A DNA stretch of 64,000 nucleotides from Candidatus Polarisedimenticolaceae bacterium (GCA_021648685.1 JAKISI010000009.1:4-64003), one strand, 5' to 3'. Shown: positions 1 through 9,257, counted from the stretch's first letter. Numbers and translations are program-made. The notes: generated by a model from the sequence alone, not told the origin.

Positions 1-1
1 G

Positions 2-247
2 AAAGCACAAGGCATCCACGACAGTTGGGAGACGATCCGTCAAAAGCTGAAAAACCAGCAGCGCATTACCGTGAGCTTATCCTGTGAAGCGGGCAAGCGA
101 CTGCATATCCGCAAGGCCACGCGTGCAGAGCCGCATCAGAAGGTGATTTATGAACGCCTTGGGTATCTCTTCGCAACCTGGCTCCGTTCAAAAAAACAGC
201 GGCCTGATCTTCCAAAAAACAAAATAGTTAAATTTGTAGTGCCATAA
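2..247 (+). CDS. 3' end of a transposase-like gene (IS4/IS1634-like); 5' part lies outside the window
   Basis: The frame is open from the window edge to TAA at 245-247. Translation: ...SWETIRQKLKNQQRITVSLSCEAGKRLHIRKATRAEPHQKVIYERLGYLF... The LHIRKxTxxEPxQxxIYxxLG tail resembles IS1634-group transposase C-termini as I recall them (memory only). It is absent from the ORF track because no start codon lies in the window. Confidence 0.35.
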   Translation, partial: KAQGIHDSWETIRQKLKNQQRITVSLSCEAGKRLHIRKATRAEPHQKVIYERLGYLFATWLRSKKQRPDLPKNKIVKFVVP

Positions 248-462
248 GAGGCGCTGCGTGCAGGCTAACCGTCTGTTTTTTAAAGCATTGTTGTCAGTGA
301 AATCGGAAGATGGGTTAACTTTGAAGCCGAATGAATCAGAAGGCATGAAGCATGTCAAAAAAACAAAGGGACAAGATGATCCGTATGTTTGCAGGGCTGG
401 CTTTTTTGGTTCTTGCCATCATGGTGACGCAGATCTAATTACTGGGCAGATCGCTTTGATAA

Positions 463-499
463 CACAAATCAGGCCGGGGAGTACCCGGCCTGATTTGTG
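463..499. terminator. Perfect 16-bp stem hairpin between the IS tail and ppiC; likely terminator for ppiC
   Basis: CACAAATCAGGCCGGG (463-478), loop GAGTA, CCCGGCCTGATTTGTG (484-499) are exact reverse complements. The hairpin lies 20 nt downstream of the ppiC stop on the minus strand. The U-rich tract is partly inside the stem. Confidence 0.5.
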
Positions 500-518
500 T
501 AGATACCCATGAAAACAG

Positions 519-812
519 TTAATCCTCGCGTGAGGTCACTTCCAGCAGATGATAGCCAAACTGGGTTTTTACTGGCCCCTGCACCGTGCCGACCTCTGCA
601 CTGAAGACCACTTTATCAAATTCCGGCACCATCATTCCCGGCCCAAACGAACCCAGATCTCCGCCATCCCGACCCGAAGGGCAGCTGGAGTGCTGCTTGG
701 CCAGCTCAGTAAACTCTGCCCCTTTGGCAATCTGCTCTTTGAGTGAACTACATTTCTCTTCTGAATCCACCAGGATATGTCGTGCTGTTGCGCTTGGCAT
801 GGCTCTCTCCAC
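519..812 (-). CDS. ppiC: Parvulin-type peptidyl-prolyl cis-trans isomerase C
   Basis: The 97-aa ORF contains ARHILV...CPSGRDGGDLGSFGPGMMVPEFDKVVF...TQFGYHLLEV. This is collinear with E. coli PpiC (HILV...CPSGKRGGDLGEF..MVPAFDKVVF..TQFGYHIIKV). The real start may be Met5 (nt 800). Confidence 0.85.
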   Translation of the reverse strand: MERAMPSATARHILVDSEEKCSSLKEQIAKGAEFTELAKQHSSCPSGRDGGDLGSFGPGMMVPEFDKVVFSAEVGTVQGPVKTQFGYHLLEVTSRED

Positions 813-852
813 TTAGCGTTAAAAAAAGGCCGGCATTGTAGCAGGCTATTGC

Positions 853-1290
853 TTATGGTTCTAACTCATACGCATAGCTGTTGACAGAAACGCCATCACC
901 CAGCATCAGGCATTGCAGCTTTTGGGGCTCTCTTGCCTCCCCGTACGGACTGAACTTCTCTTTTGTACTTATATCCAGGTAGAGCATCCTCCTGGCACCC
1001 GCTTTTTTCACAGTGACCCACTGGAATCGGTGCCCTTCAACACGCACATCGCTGCCGTTAAGGTAGGGCTTTTTCTGCTTCCAGTAGGAGAGGCAGCCTT
1101 TAATCGCCCGTTTCTCTAGCGTGGCATCCGAGGGGCCGCTCCTATCTTTTATCTTCTCCCTGGCAACGGTGCTACAGGCAGAGTCAGAAAATACCGTGTT
1201 CCCCTCTTCATCTTTGCATTGATAGATTTTGCCAACGGCGTGAGATGCAAAAAGCAGCAATATGCTGGCCATGATGATCCGTTTTTTCAT
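853..1290 (-). CDS. Secreted DUF4124-like protein
   Basis: Signal peptide MKKRIIMASILLLFASHAVG followed by KIYQCKDEEGNTVFSDSAC. This matches the DUF4124 'Y-x-W/C-x-D-x-x-G-x-x-x-F/Y-S-D' N-terminal signature. Confidence 0.6.
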   Translation of the reverse strand: MKKRIIMASILLLFASHAVGKIYQCKDEEGNTVFSDSACSTVAREKIKDRSGPSDATLEKRAIKGCLSYWKQKKPYLNGSDVRVEGHRFQWVTVKKAGARRMLYLDISTKEKFSPYGEAREPQKLQCLMLGDGVSVNSYAYELEP

Positions 1291-1345
1291 GGGTATATAC
1301 CTGTAATGGCGTTCCTGTTTTTACCTGCTGGTTAAAAATTTAGGG

Positions 1346-3136
1346 TTATTTTTTACGCTGCCTGCTGCCCAAAATCAGCTTCTGCCGCTCTAATACATGG
1401 GTAAATTCCTGAGCCGACAGCGGCTTATAAAAAAAGAAGCCCTGAAACTCATCACACCCTTGCTCGCAAAGATAGGCCAGCTGTTGCTCATCTTCAACGC
1501 CCTCTGCAATCACCCGCAATTTTAAGGAGTGCGCCATGGCAATGATGGCTTTAGTGATGGCCATGTCATCTGCATCACCCGGGATCCCATTAACAAACGA
1601 ACGGTCTATCTTCAGCGTAGTCAGTGGGAAACGCTTCAGGTAATTCAAGGAGGAGTAACCCGTTCCAAAATCATCCACAGAGAGTGTAATGCCCATATCA
1701 CAAAGCATATCCAGCATCTCTATGGTCTCATCAAGGTGCCGCATAAGCAGATTTTCTGTCAGCTCAAGCTCCAGATATTGAGCCGAAAAGCCGGTGCTGC
1801 GCAGGGTTTCCTTCACCATTGAGACCAGTCTGTTTTTTTGAAGTTGACGGGGGCTGAGGTTGACTCCAAGCCGCAAGCGGGGGAAACCGGCATTTTGCCA
1901 TGCCTGCGCCTGTGCACAGGCTGTTTTCAGTACCCACTCGCCAATCTCTACAATCAGCCCATTATTCTCCACAATAGAGATAAACTCGAAGGGTGAAACC
2001 GTGCCAAGCTCCGGGTTATCCCAGCGCAACAGCGCCTCCATCCCCACAATTTCACCACTCTTTGCATCTATTTGGGGCTGATAGCTGAGCCAAAACTCAT
2101 CATTCTCCAGCGCTTTGTGCAGTTTGCTCTCCATAGTCAGCCTGCGGAGCGCATGGGCATTCATGGATTGGGTGTAGAAACGGTACCTGTTTTTTCCGGC
2201 ACGTTTTGCTTCGTACATCGCTGCATCAGCATTTTTAAGCAGTGTATCGACTGTCTCCCCATCGTCAGGGTAGAGTGCTATGCCAATACTGGCGGTTACA
2301 AATACCTCCTGCTCCCCCAGCAGGACAGGCAGCGCCAATGCATTTTTAATGCGCTGCGCAACCTTGGCAACATCGTCCGCTTCATGCGCAATCGCCAGCA
2401 CCACCGTAAATTCATCACCGCCAAAGCGTGCCGCCTGGTGCCCATCACTCGAAATCGCACCATGTGTTACGCGATCACTCTCCCGGATGCTTTGCAGCAG
2501 TCGCTTCCCAACCGTCACCAGAAGCTGGTCGCCTGCTGAGTGCCCCAGTATGTCATTAATGCGTTTAAACTCATCCAGATCCATAAACAGGGCGGCAACC
2601 CGCCACCCCTGACGGCGTGCAATGGTGATAGCCTGCGCCAGATGCTCTTTGAACAGCTCGCGATTAGGCAGCCCCGTTAAACCATCAAAATAGGCCAGGT
2701 GCCGAACCTTCTCCTCTGCTGCACGTATATCATGAAAGGCCTTGCGTGCACGCAGGATGTGCCTGATCCGGTGGCTGATGATGGGCCAGTTTACCGGTTT
2801 GACCACAAAGTCAGTGGCTCCCACCTCGAACGCCCTGTTGATAGAGGCCTCATCTTCCAGACCCGTTAGCACCAGAGCCGGGGGATTTGCCTCACTGGTT
2901 ATATGGCTAAGCCTGCTACAGAGCTCAAAAGCATTCGATTTTGGCAGATCGACACTCAGCAGTACGATATCAGGCACTAGCTGCTCAAATCGCTCCAGTG
3001 CCTGCGCACCATCTTCAGCCCCCGCAACAACAAAACCGGCATCAGCCAGCACCTGCCTGGCATGCGCCAGTGCTTTTGGATCATGATCGACAACCAATAC
3101 CGTAGAGGAGGTCTTTTCTGGCATCTGTTTGCTCAT
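1346..3136 (-). CDS. Response regulator with REC-GGDEF-EAL domains (c-di-GMP turnover)
   Basis: N-terminal receiver (VLVVDHDP...DIVLLSVDLP), a GGDEF motif (RFGGDEFTVVL) and an EAL domain (MEALLRW...DDFGTGYSSL...KIDRSF...EGVE). Confidence 0.9.
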   Translation of the reverse strand: MSKQMPEKTSSTVLVVDHDPKALAHARQVLADAGFVVAGAEDGAQALERFEQLVPDIVLLSVDLPKSNAFELCSRLSHITSEANPPALVLTGLEDEASINRAFEVGATDFVVKPVNWPIISHRIRHILRARKAFHDIRAAEEKVRHLAYFDGLTGLPNRELFKEHLAQAITIARRQGWRVAALFMDLDEFKRINDILGHSAGDQLLVTVGKRLLQSIRESDRVTHGAISSDGHQAARFGGDEFTVVLAIAHEADDVAKVAQRIKNALALPVLLGEQEVFVTASIGIALYPDDGETVDTLLKNADAAMYEAKRAGKNRYRFYTQSMNAHALRRLTMESKLHKALENDEFWLSYQPQIDAKSGEIVGMEALLRWDNPELGTVSPFEFISIVENNGLIVEIGEWVLKTACAQAQAWQNAGFPRLRLGVNLSPRQLQKNRLVSMVKETLRSTGFSAQYLELELTENLLMRHLDETIEMLDMLCDMGITLSVDDFGTGYSSLNYLKRFPLTTLKIDRSFVNGIPGDADDMAITKAIIAMAHSLKLRVIAEGVEDEQQLAYLCEQGCDEFQGFFFYKPLSAQEFTHVLERQKLILGSRQRKK

Positions 3137-3312
3137 CCCAGATCACTCTTAAGTCACTACAAGTGCAATATAAGGCGCATCTGAATCAATCTGGTTGAAT
3201 TTTTTTCAAGATTTTTTGGCTAAATAATCAGCCGTCTACCCTGTTTTCGGCCAACAGAGAGAGAAATGAAGGGAAAGCTTGCTGTGATTTACAGGCAGGG
3301 AGGGGGTTAAGG

Positions 3313-3636
3313 TCAGCCGCGGTGCTCGTTCTCTTGCGCAGGGAGGGCCGAATCACTATTGATTTGAAAGGTGCCGGTAAAGCGCTGGCCATGGGTTCTT
3401 ACCGTCCACCATGTATAGACGGGGGAACCCAGAATAGCAAGCAACAGGCCGGTGAAGGCGCCCGCTACGGGTGCCCCTGCAACCAGATTCAGCAGGCCAT
3501 AGGTGTTTCCCAGCGAGGTTAACAACAGCAGCGGCACGGCAAACAGCCCGGCACAAAAACCCAGCAGCACGGTGAGCTTAACCAGTGAGCCATAATTGAG
3601 CCGAACCCGGCATTCGCCATATATTTTATCAGTCAT
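3313..3636 (-). CDS. Small membrane protein, unknown function
   Basis: The 107-aa ORF starts 9 nt downstream of pyrC on the same strand. It has two or three hydrophobic spans (LTVLLGFCAGLFAVPLLLL, LVAGAPVAGAFTGLLLAILG). No recognisable motif. Confidence 0.45.
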   Translation of the reverse strand: MTDKIYGECRVRLNYGSLVKLTVLLGFCAGLFAVPLLLLTSLGNTYGLLNLVAGAPVAGAFTGLLLAILGSPVYTWWTVRTHGQRFTGTFQINSDSALPAQENEHRG

Positions 3637-3645
3637 ATCAATTTA

Positions 3646-4980
3646 TCAGCGGTCAAATTCCAGGCGTTGGCCAAGGTGGGAGTCATCCAGTTTCCCTTGA
3701 TGGTAGGCCAGATGGCCATTCACAAAGGTGGAATCAATGACGGAGCGAAAGAGCCGTCCCTCTACCGGCGACCAGCCACATTTATAGCGCACATCCTCCC
3801 GCTCGACACGCTCACTCCGCTCCAGATCGAGCAGCACCAGATCCGCCCAGTACCCTTCACGGATATAGCCTCGCTCCGGGATATCGAACAGCCTTGCCGG
3901 GGCATGGCTGGTCTTCTCTGCAATCAGCTCCAGTGAGAGCAGCTTGTCATGATACATCTCCAGCACCATCGGCAAGGCATACTGCACCAGTGGCAGCCCG
4001 GCGGGGGCACTGAAGTAGCGGTTGAGCTTCTCTTCCAGGGTATGCGGGGCATGATCTGTGGCGATCACATCAATCCGCCCATCAATCAATGCCTGGCGAA
4101 TGGCATCCCGATCCTGGCGCGTCTTGATGGCCGGGTTGCACTTGATAAAGGCCTGCTTATGCGCATAGTCCGATGCATCAAAATAGAGGTGATGCACACA
4201 GGCCTCGGCGGTGATCCGCTTGTTATCCGGCGCCCCTTTCTGAAACAGCTTCATCTCCCGCGCGGTGGTGAGGTGCAGCACATGCAGACGGGTGCCGTGC
4301 CGCTTGGCAAGACCGACCGCAAAGGAGGAGGAGCGAAAACAGGCCTCTTCGCTGCGGATCTCAGGGTGTGCCTCCATCGGCACATCCTCACCAAACTGCT
4401 CACGGAAGGCTTGCTCGTTGGCCTGGATGATCGGGGTATCTTCACAGTGGGTAGCGACCAGTATCGGCGCATCACGGAAGATCGCCTCCAGCGCCGCCTC
4501 GCTATCGACCAGCATATTGCCGGTTGAGGCTCCCATAAAGACCTTGATGCCGCAGGCCTGCTTTGGATCGAGCGCACGGATTACATCGATGTTCTCATTG
4601 GTCGCCCCCAGATAGAAGGCGTAGTTGGCCAGTGATTTTTTGGCTGCCAGCAGATATTTATCCTCCAGCGCCTGTAGCGTGACGGTCAGCGGGTTGGTGT
4701 TGGGCATATCCATAAAACTGGTGATGCCACCGGCCACCGCCGCTCTGGACTCGGTGTGCAGATCGCCCTTGTGGGTCGCCCCCGGCTCCCGAAAGTGAAC
4801 CTGATCATCAATCATGCCCGGCATCAGCACCTTCCCCTCGGCATCGAGGATGATCTCTGCCGGTCTGGCACTGAGGTTGCTGCCAATCTGCTCGATGCGT
4901 CCATTACGAATCCAGATATCCTCTTCGGTAATCCGCCCATCATTGACCACACGGGCATTGAGTATCAGCGCATCTTTCAT
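3646..4980 (-). CDS. pyrC: Dihydroorotase (long, allantoinase-like class)
   Basis: 444 aa with IDDQVHFREPG...ESRAAVAGGITSFMDMPNTNP...KVFMG...ATHCED...LHVLHLTT...TDHAPH, typical of the cyclic amidohydrolase/DHOase family. Confidence 0.8.
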   Translation of the reverse strand: MKDALILNARVVNDGRITEEDIWIRNGRIEQIGSNLSARPAEIILDAEGKVLMPGMIDDQVHFREPGATHKGDLHTESRAAVAGGITSFMDMPNTNPLTVTLQALEDKYLLAAKKSLANYAFYLGATNENIDVIRALDPKQACGIKVFMGASTGNMLVDSEAALEAIFRDAPILVATHCEDTPIIQANEQAFREQFGEDVPMEAHPEIRSEEACFRSSSFAVGLAKRHGTRLHVLHLTTAREMKLFQKGAPDNKRITAEACVHHLYFDASDYAHKQAFIKCNPAIKTRQDRDAIRQALIDGRIDVIATDHAPHTLEEKLNRYFSAPAGLPLVQYALPMVLEMYHDKLLSLELIAEKTSHAPARLFDIPERGYIREGYWADLVLLDLERSERVEREDVRYKCGWSPVEGRLFRSVIDSTFVNGHLAYHQGKLDDSHLGQRLEFDR

Positions 4981-5047
4981 AAGGGTAGCCTCAGTTTTTT
5001 ATCCCGGTTGTTTGACTAAACCGGCCAAAACAGCCGGGATAGGGCAC

Positions 5048-5827
5048 TCAGTCATAGTCACGATCTTTCCAGCTTCGCAATGCGCTAAACAGCTCCACAT
5101 TGCCGTTTAACGGCTTTTGCGCCCACGCTTCTGCTGCAACAATCACCGTGGGGTTTTGGGTGCGCAGAAAGGGATTTGTCTCCAACTCCAGCGAGAGCAA
5201 GGATGGCACACTTGGCCGCCCATGGCTCCGCATCACTCGCGTTGCCTGCTGCCGCTCCTCTATCGCCTGGTTTTCGGGTTCGACCAGATACGCAAACCCC
5301 AGATTATCCTCTGTATATTCATGCGCGCAATAGAGCAGCGTCTCTTGCGGGAGCTGGGCAATGCGTTGCAGTGAGGCAGCCATCTGCGCCATGGTGCCAT
5401 CAAATACCCGCCCACAGCCACCCGCAAAGAGGGTGTCGCCACAAAACAGCAGACCATCACCCGCGTAGGCGATATGCCCTGCGGTATGACCCGGTATCTC
5501 AAAGACCCTGAGCGGCTCGCTGCATCCGGGCAGCTGAACCTCATCACCCTCCGCCAGTGGATCAGTGACCCCTGGGATGGTCTCACCTGCTGGCCCATAG
5601 ACCCTGGCGTGCGGGAATGCCGCCTTCAACCGGCCAATCCCCCCCGTGTGGTCGTGATGGTGATGGGTGATCAGGATGGCATCCAGGCTGAGTGATTCAC
5701 TCTGTAGCCGCTCCAGCACAGGGGCGGCATCACCCGGGTCGACCACGGCCACCTGCGGGCTTTGTCCACTCTTGAGCAGCCAGATGTAGTTGTCGGCAAA
5801 TGCCGGGATGGGGGTAATATCAAACAT
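5048..5827 (-). CDS. gloB: Hydroxyacylglutathione hydrolase (glyoxalase II)
   Basis: PAFADNYIWLL...ITHHHHDHTGG...GHTAGHIAY...FCGDTLF...CAHEYT...NPFLR is collinear with the GloB metallo-beta-lactamase fold. Confidence 0.9.
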   Translation of the reverse strand: MFDITPIPAFADNYIWLLKSGQSPQVAVVDPGDAAPVLERLQSESLSLDAILITHHHHDHTGGIGRLKAAFPHARVYGPAGETIPGVTDPLAEGDEVQLPGCSEPLRVFEIPGHTAGHIAYAGDGLLFCGDTLFAGGCGRVFDGTMAQMAASLQRIAQLPQETLLYCAHEYTEDNLGFAYLVEPENQAIEERQQATRVMRSHGRPSVPSLLSLELETNPFLRTQNPTVIVAAEAWAQKPLNGNVELFSALRSWKDRDYD

Positions 5828-5832
5828 AGCGG

Positions 5833-6297
5833 TTATTTATAGAGCTCTTTCGGGTCGATGAGTGGTTCACTGATCACCTCCAGGCGATCACCTCGAATGG
5901 CATTGTAGAAGCAGCTGCGCCGCCCGGAGTGACAGGCCGGGCCGGTTTGATCCACCTGCAGCAGGATGGTATCACCATCGCAATCCAGCAACAGCTCTTT
6001 AAGAATCTGCACCTGCCCGGAGGATTCACCCTTGCGCCACAGCTTTTGCCGCGAACGCGACCAGTAGCAGACCCGCCCCCGCTCCAGCGTCTCGGCCAGT
6101 GACTCCCGGTTCATCCAGGCCATCATCAGCACCTCGCCACTATCGTACTGCTGGGCAATCGCAGGGAGCAGCCCATCCTGATTAAACGGCAGCGATTGTA
6201 ACGCATCGGCCCAGGCCAGGCTCTCTCCCTTTTTAAAGGATTCGGTCTCTTTCAGCATGATCTCTCTCACGTAATGCAAATTATTCCTGAGCGGCAC
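5833..6297 (-). CDS. hisI: Phosphoribosyl-AMP cyclohydrolase
   Basis: GLLPAIAQQYDSGEVLMMAWMNRESL...YWSRSRQKLWRKGESSGQVQ...LDCDGDTILLQVDQTGPACHSGRRSCF is the canonical HisI core. Start may be Met14 (nt 6258). Confidence 0.9.
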   Translation of the reverse strand: MPLRNNLHYVREIMLKETESFKKGESLAWADALQSLPFNQDGLLPAIAQQYDSGEVLMMAWMNRESLAETLERGRVCYWSRSRQKLWRKGESSGQVQILKELLLDCDGDTILLQVDQTGPACHSGRRSCFYNAIRGDRLEVISEPLIDPKELYK

Positions 6298-6356
6298 ATT
6301 CTATCCTGAACCGTGGTGCTGATATACTTGAGTACCCAGTATCCGATGAGAACCAG

Positions 6357-6686
6357 ATGCAGATCTATCGCGTAGCCTTTATCAATCATGGCAAAATTTA
6401 CGAGCTTTATGTCCAGACCGTGCGCCAGGCGGAGCTGTTTGGCTTCATTGAGTTTGAGGATATCATCTTCGATGAGTCCAGCGGCATCGTCATCGACCCG
6501 GCCGAGGAGAAACTGAAGGATGAGTTTGCCGGAGTCAGCCGCACCATGGTGCCCATCAATGCGATCATCCGCATCGACGAGGTAGAGAAGCGGGGCACCA
6601 GCAAGATACTGGATCTGGATAAAAATGCCAATGTGACCCCCTTCCCAACCCCCGTCTGCCCGCCAGGACGCAGCAACGATACCTGA
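6357..6686 (+). CDS. DUF1820 family protein
   Basis: IYRVAFINHGKIYELYVQ...GFIEFEDIIF...IVIDPAEEKLKDEFAGV...VPINAIIRIDEVEK matches the DUF1820 pattern as I recall it. Confidence 0.65.
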   Translation: MQIYRVAFINHGKIYELYVQTVRQAELFGFIEFEDIIFDESSGIVIDPAEEKLKDEFAGVSRTMVPINAIIRIDEVEKRGTSKILDLDKNANVTPFPTPVCPPGRSNDT

Positions 6687-7985
6687 CTATGGTCTCTGGC
6701 AGACAACTCGCGATTCAGGAAATCGGCAGGAGAAACAGCTCCCCTTGCCCTCCTGGCTGCTGATCTCCAGCTTGCTGCCGTGATGCTGCAGGATATGCTT
6801 CACAATCGCCAGGCCCAGCCCAGTGCCGCCCAGGTCGCGAGAGCGTGCCGCATCAATGCGGTAAAAGCGTTCAGTCAACCTTGGGATATGGCGTGCCGGA
6901 ATCCCCTCCCCCGTATCCGTTACGGAGAATTGCGCCTCTTTGCCCTGCATGGCCCAGTCGATATGAACATGCGCTCTGCCTGGCGTATGGCGCACGGCGT
7001 TGAATACCAGGTTGGAGAAGGCGCTTTGCAGCTCTTTTTTGTCCCCCCGAAGCAGCAGAGCCGGATCTGCAGTGAGTGATATCTGGTGCCCTGCATCGCC
7101 ACTCAATGCCTCGGCTTCATCGGCAATGCGAGCAAGTAACGCTGGCACATCGACAATCTCCGCCACGGTTTTTTTACCATCCACCTCCAGGCGAGAGAGC
7201 ACCAGCAGATCACTGATGGTGTCCTCCATGCGCTTGGCCTGCCGCCGCATCAGGGGGATGAACTCGCCCCCTTTTTCACTGTATGTCTCCTCCATCGTCT
7301 CAAGAAACCCCGAGATAACCGTCAGTGGCGTACGCAGCTCATGTGAGACATTAGCAATAAAGTCACGCCGGGTGTGATCCAGATGGTAGAGCCGAGTGAT
7401 GTCCCTCACCACCACCAGTTGCTGGTTCTCTCTCTTTCCAAAAGGGGTGATGAACAGACTTAACACCTTGGTTTTATCTGTATGTGAAGCAAACTCAAGC
7501 GGGTTGCTGTGATCACCATGCGCCAGATAGTCTGACAATATGGGGTGCTGCAAAAGCCGGGCAAAGTTTTTCCCCGCAACCTCAGGCCAATCCAGCCCAA
7601 GCAGCATGCTGCTTGCAGGGTTGCACCATGCAATATTACCCTGCCGTTCAAGAATAACCGTAGCATCCGGCAGTGCCGTAGCGGCTTCACGAAAGCGGCT
7701 GAAATACTGGCTTAGCCGCCGTTTGCGCTTTTGGCTCTTGATCTGCAGCGTCCTGATGTGCTCATTCACATATCCCCAGAGCGTACCGGAGCTGTTGACC
7801 GGGAAACTGCGCCCCTCTTTGAGCCGGTAGTAGAGCTTCAATAGCTGGATAAAATGCCCGCACAAAAAACAGATCAGACCCAACAGCAGCATCAGGATAA
7901 GCTGCTGGCTCAAGAGGCCAATCAGCACCGCAACCGAAAGAGTAGCGGCCAGGCGGATCAGTTCAATTTTGATGGGTTTAGGCAA
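6687..7985 (-). CDS. phoR: Phosphate regulon sensor histidine kinase PhoR
   Basis: Two N-terminal TM helices, a charged linker (SQKRKRRLSQYFSRFREA), a PAS region, an H-box FIANVSHELRTPLT, and an ATPase with DTGEGI and GGTGLGLAIVKH. Its stop abuts the DUF1820 stop. TTG start. Confidence 0.9.
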   Translation of the reverse strand: MPKPIKIELIRLAATLSVAVLIGLLSQQLILMLLLGLICFLCGHFIQLLKLYYRLKEGRSFPVNSSGTLWGYVNEHIRTLQIKSQKRKRRLSQYFSRFREAATALPDATVILERQGNIAWCNPASSMLLGLDWPEVAGKNFARLLQHPILSDYLAHGDHSNPLEFASHTDKTKVLSLFITPFGKRENQQLVVVRDITRLYHLDHTRRDFIANVSHELRTPLTVISGFLETMEETYSEKGGEFIPLMRRQAKRMEDTISDLLVLSRLEVDGKKTVAEIVDVPALLARIADEAEALSGDAGHQISLTADPALLLRGDKKELQSAFSNLVFNAVRHTPGRAHVHIDWAMQGKEAQFSVTDTGEGIPARHIPRLTERFYRIDAARSRDLGGTGLGLAIVKHILQHHGSKLEISSQEGKGSCFSCRFPESRVVCQRP

Positions 7986-8076
7986 GTATGCGCTCTAATT
8001 GGTGGTCAATTCATTGGATTATATCGGTTAAGCAATGATAGACAACCCGCAGCCCCCGGAATGCGTTCCTACCACA

Positions 8077-8096
8077 TTGTCATACGCCTGAAACAT
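8077..8096 (+). promoter_or_regulatory. Candidate Pho box in the phoR-phoB divergent intergenic region
   Basis: TTGTCAT-ACGC-CTGAAAC: two 7-mers with 11-bp phasing (consensus CTGTCAT-A(A/T)A(A/T)-CTGTCA(C/T)). It lies ~40 nt upstream of the phoB ATG at 8138. Confidence 0.4.
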
Positions 8097-8137
8097 AACT
8101 AGGGTTTAATAGTTGCTTTTGGATAAATCACTGAGAC

Positions 8138-8830
8138 ATGAACACCCCGACTGTCCTTATAGTTGAAGATGAATCTGCGGTAAGAGAGATGATACGCTTT
8201 GCGCTCCAGCAGCAGGATTTGAATGTGCAGGAGGCGACAGAGAGCATCACCGCCGAGCAGATGATTGCTCGAACCCCGCCAGACCTGATCCTGCTGGACT
8301 GGATGTTACCGGGAAAAAGCGGCATTGAATTTGCCCGGCAGCTTAAATCCAGACCAGAGACTGCTGACATCCCCATCATCATGCTCACCGCCAGAGGTGA
8401 GGAGAACGACAAGGTGCAGGGGCTGGAGAGTGGTGCCGATGACTACATCACCAAACCCTTCTCAACCCGCGAGCTGATCGCCCGCATTCGCGCCACCCTG
8501 CGCCGCGCCGCATCAACAGATCATGTAGAGGAGATCGAGATCCAGGGGCTGTCACTGAACCTTGCCACCCATCGCGTGATGGCTCAAAAGAGGGTGGTGG
8601 ATCTTGGCCCTACCGAGTTCCGCCTGCTGCATTTTTTTATGACCCACACCGAGCGCGTCTACAGCCGCGCCCAGCTGCTCGACCAGGTCTGGGGCACCAA
8701 CATCTACGTTGGAGAGCGCACCGTTGATGTCCACATCCGACGCCTGCGCAAAGCACTGGAGCCTGGCGGCCATGACTCACTGCTACAGACTGTGCGTGGC
8801 TCGGGATATCGCTTCTCCACCGAAAGCTGA
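8138..8830 (+). CDS. phoB: Phosphate regulon response regulator PhoB
   Basis: REC domain (ILIVEDE...[11 protein letters not shown]...MLTARGEE) plus an OmpR/PhoB winged helix ([23 protein letters not shown]....[14 protein letters not shown]......QTVRG.GYRFS). Confidence 0.92.
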   Translation: MNTPTVLIVEDESAVREMIRFALQQQDLNVQEATESITAEQMIARTPPDLILLDWMLPGKSGIEFARQLKSRPETADIPIIMLTARGEENDKVQGLESGADDYITKPFSTRELIARIRATLRRAASTDHVEEIEIQGLSLNLATHRVMAQKRVVDLGPTEFRLLHFFMTHTERVYSRAQLLDQVWGTNIYVGERTVDVHIRRLRKALEPGGHDSLLQTVRGSGYRFSTES

Positions 8831-8837
8831 TCTTCAG

Positions 8838-8859
8838 TGTCATCAAATTGTCATCAAAT
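8838..8859 (+). promoter_or_regulatory. Perfect tandem 11-bp repeat = strong Pho box upstream of the PilZ gene
   Basis: TGTCATCAAAT (8838-8848) is repeated exactly at 8849-8859. A third degenerate unit CTACATCTAAC follows. The repeat starts 8 nt after the phoB stop and ~70 nt upstream of the ATG at 8931. Confidence 0.6.
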
Positions 8860-8930
8860 CTACATCTAACGGTCACCTTCCTGGCCTAACATTGTGCATG
8901 AACACAATGAAACAGGAGGAGACCCTAACC

Positions 8931-9257
8931 ATGTTCAAGTGCAATAGACCACAACCTCAACCCACGATAGATGTACTGATCCGTTACCGTGGCCGACGCA
9001 GTTTTCACGCCACTGCACAGCAGATAACCGAAGATGGCATGTTTCTGAACACACAGCTGCTAAGCCTTCCGCTCAATACCGATATTGAGCTGCAGTTTTC
9101 CATTGGCGGTGGCAACTACCGCATCCCGGCGGTTGTAATCGATGACTGCTCCCAGGGCATCTACGTTGGCTTCTATGCACTGCAGGCCGACATCTGCCAA
9201 ACCTTCCACAATCTACAGCAGCGCACCCCCACCGCCCCCCTGCCTGCCGCAGCATAG
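8931..9257 (+). CDS. PilZ-domain-like small protein
   Basis: The 109 aa from ATG 8931 (AGGAGG at 8914-8919) contain RYRGR (RxxxR) followed by QITEDGMFL, a partial D/NxSxxG motif. The longer track ORF (from 8709) overlaps phoB and is rejected. Confidence 0.5.
   Translation: MFKCNRPQPQPTIDVLIRYRGRRSFHATAQQITEDGMFLNTQLLSLPLNTDIELQFSIGGGNYRIPAVVIDDCSQGIYVGFYALQADICQTFHNLQQRTPTAPLPAAA

Noticed and set aside
258-512. 84-aa plus-strand ORF after the transposase tail
   Set aside because: It runs through the terminator hairpin at 463-499, has no RBS or motif, and is probably IS-end or intergenic sequence.
3646-4980. Dihydroorotase with QVH instead of the usual HxH metal motif (DDQVHFREPG): possible inactive PyrC'
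   Set aside because: As far as I recall, the same DDQVHFREPG string occurs in a whole clade of long DHOases regarded as active. Without an alignment I cannot claim loss of function.
8709-8930. N-terminal extension of the PilZ-like ORF
   Set aside because: It would overlap the last 122 nt of phoB and read through the Pho box. ATG 8931 has an AGGAGG upstream and yields a domain-sized protein.
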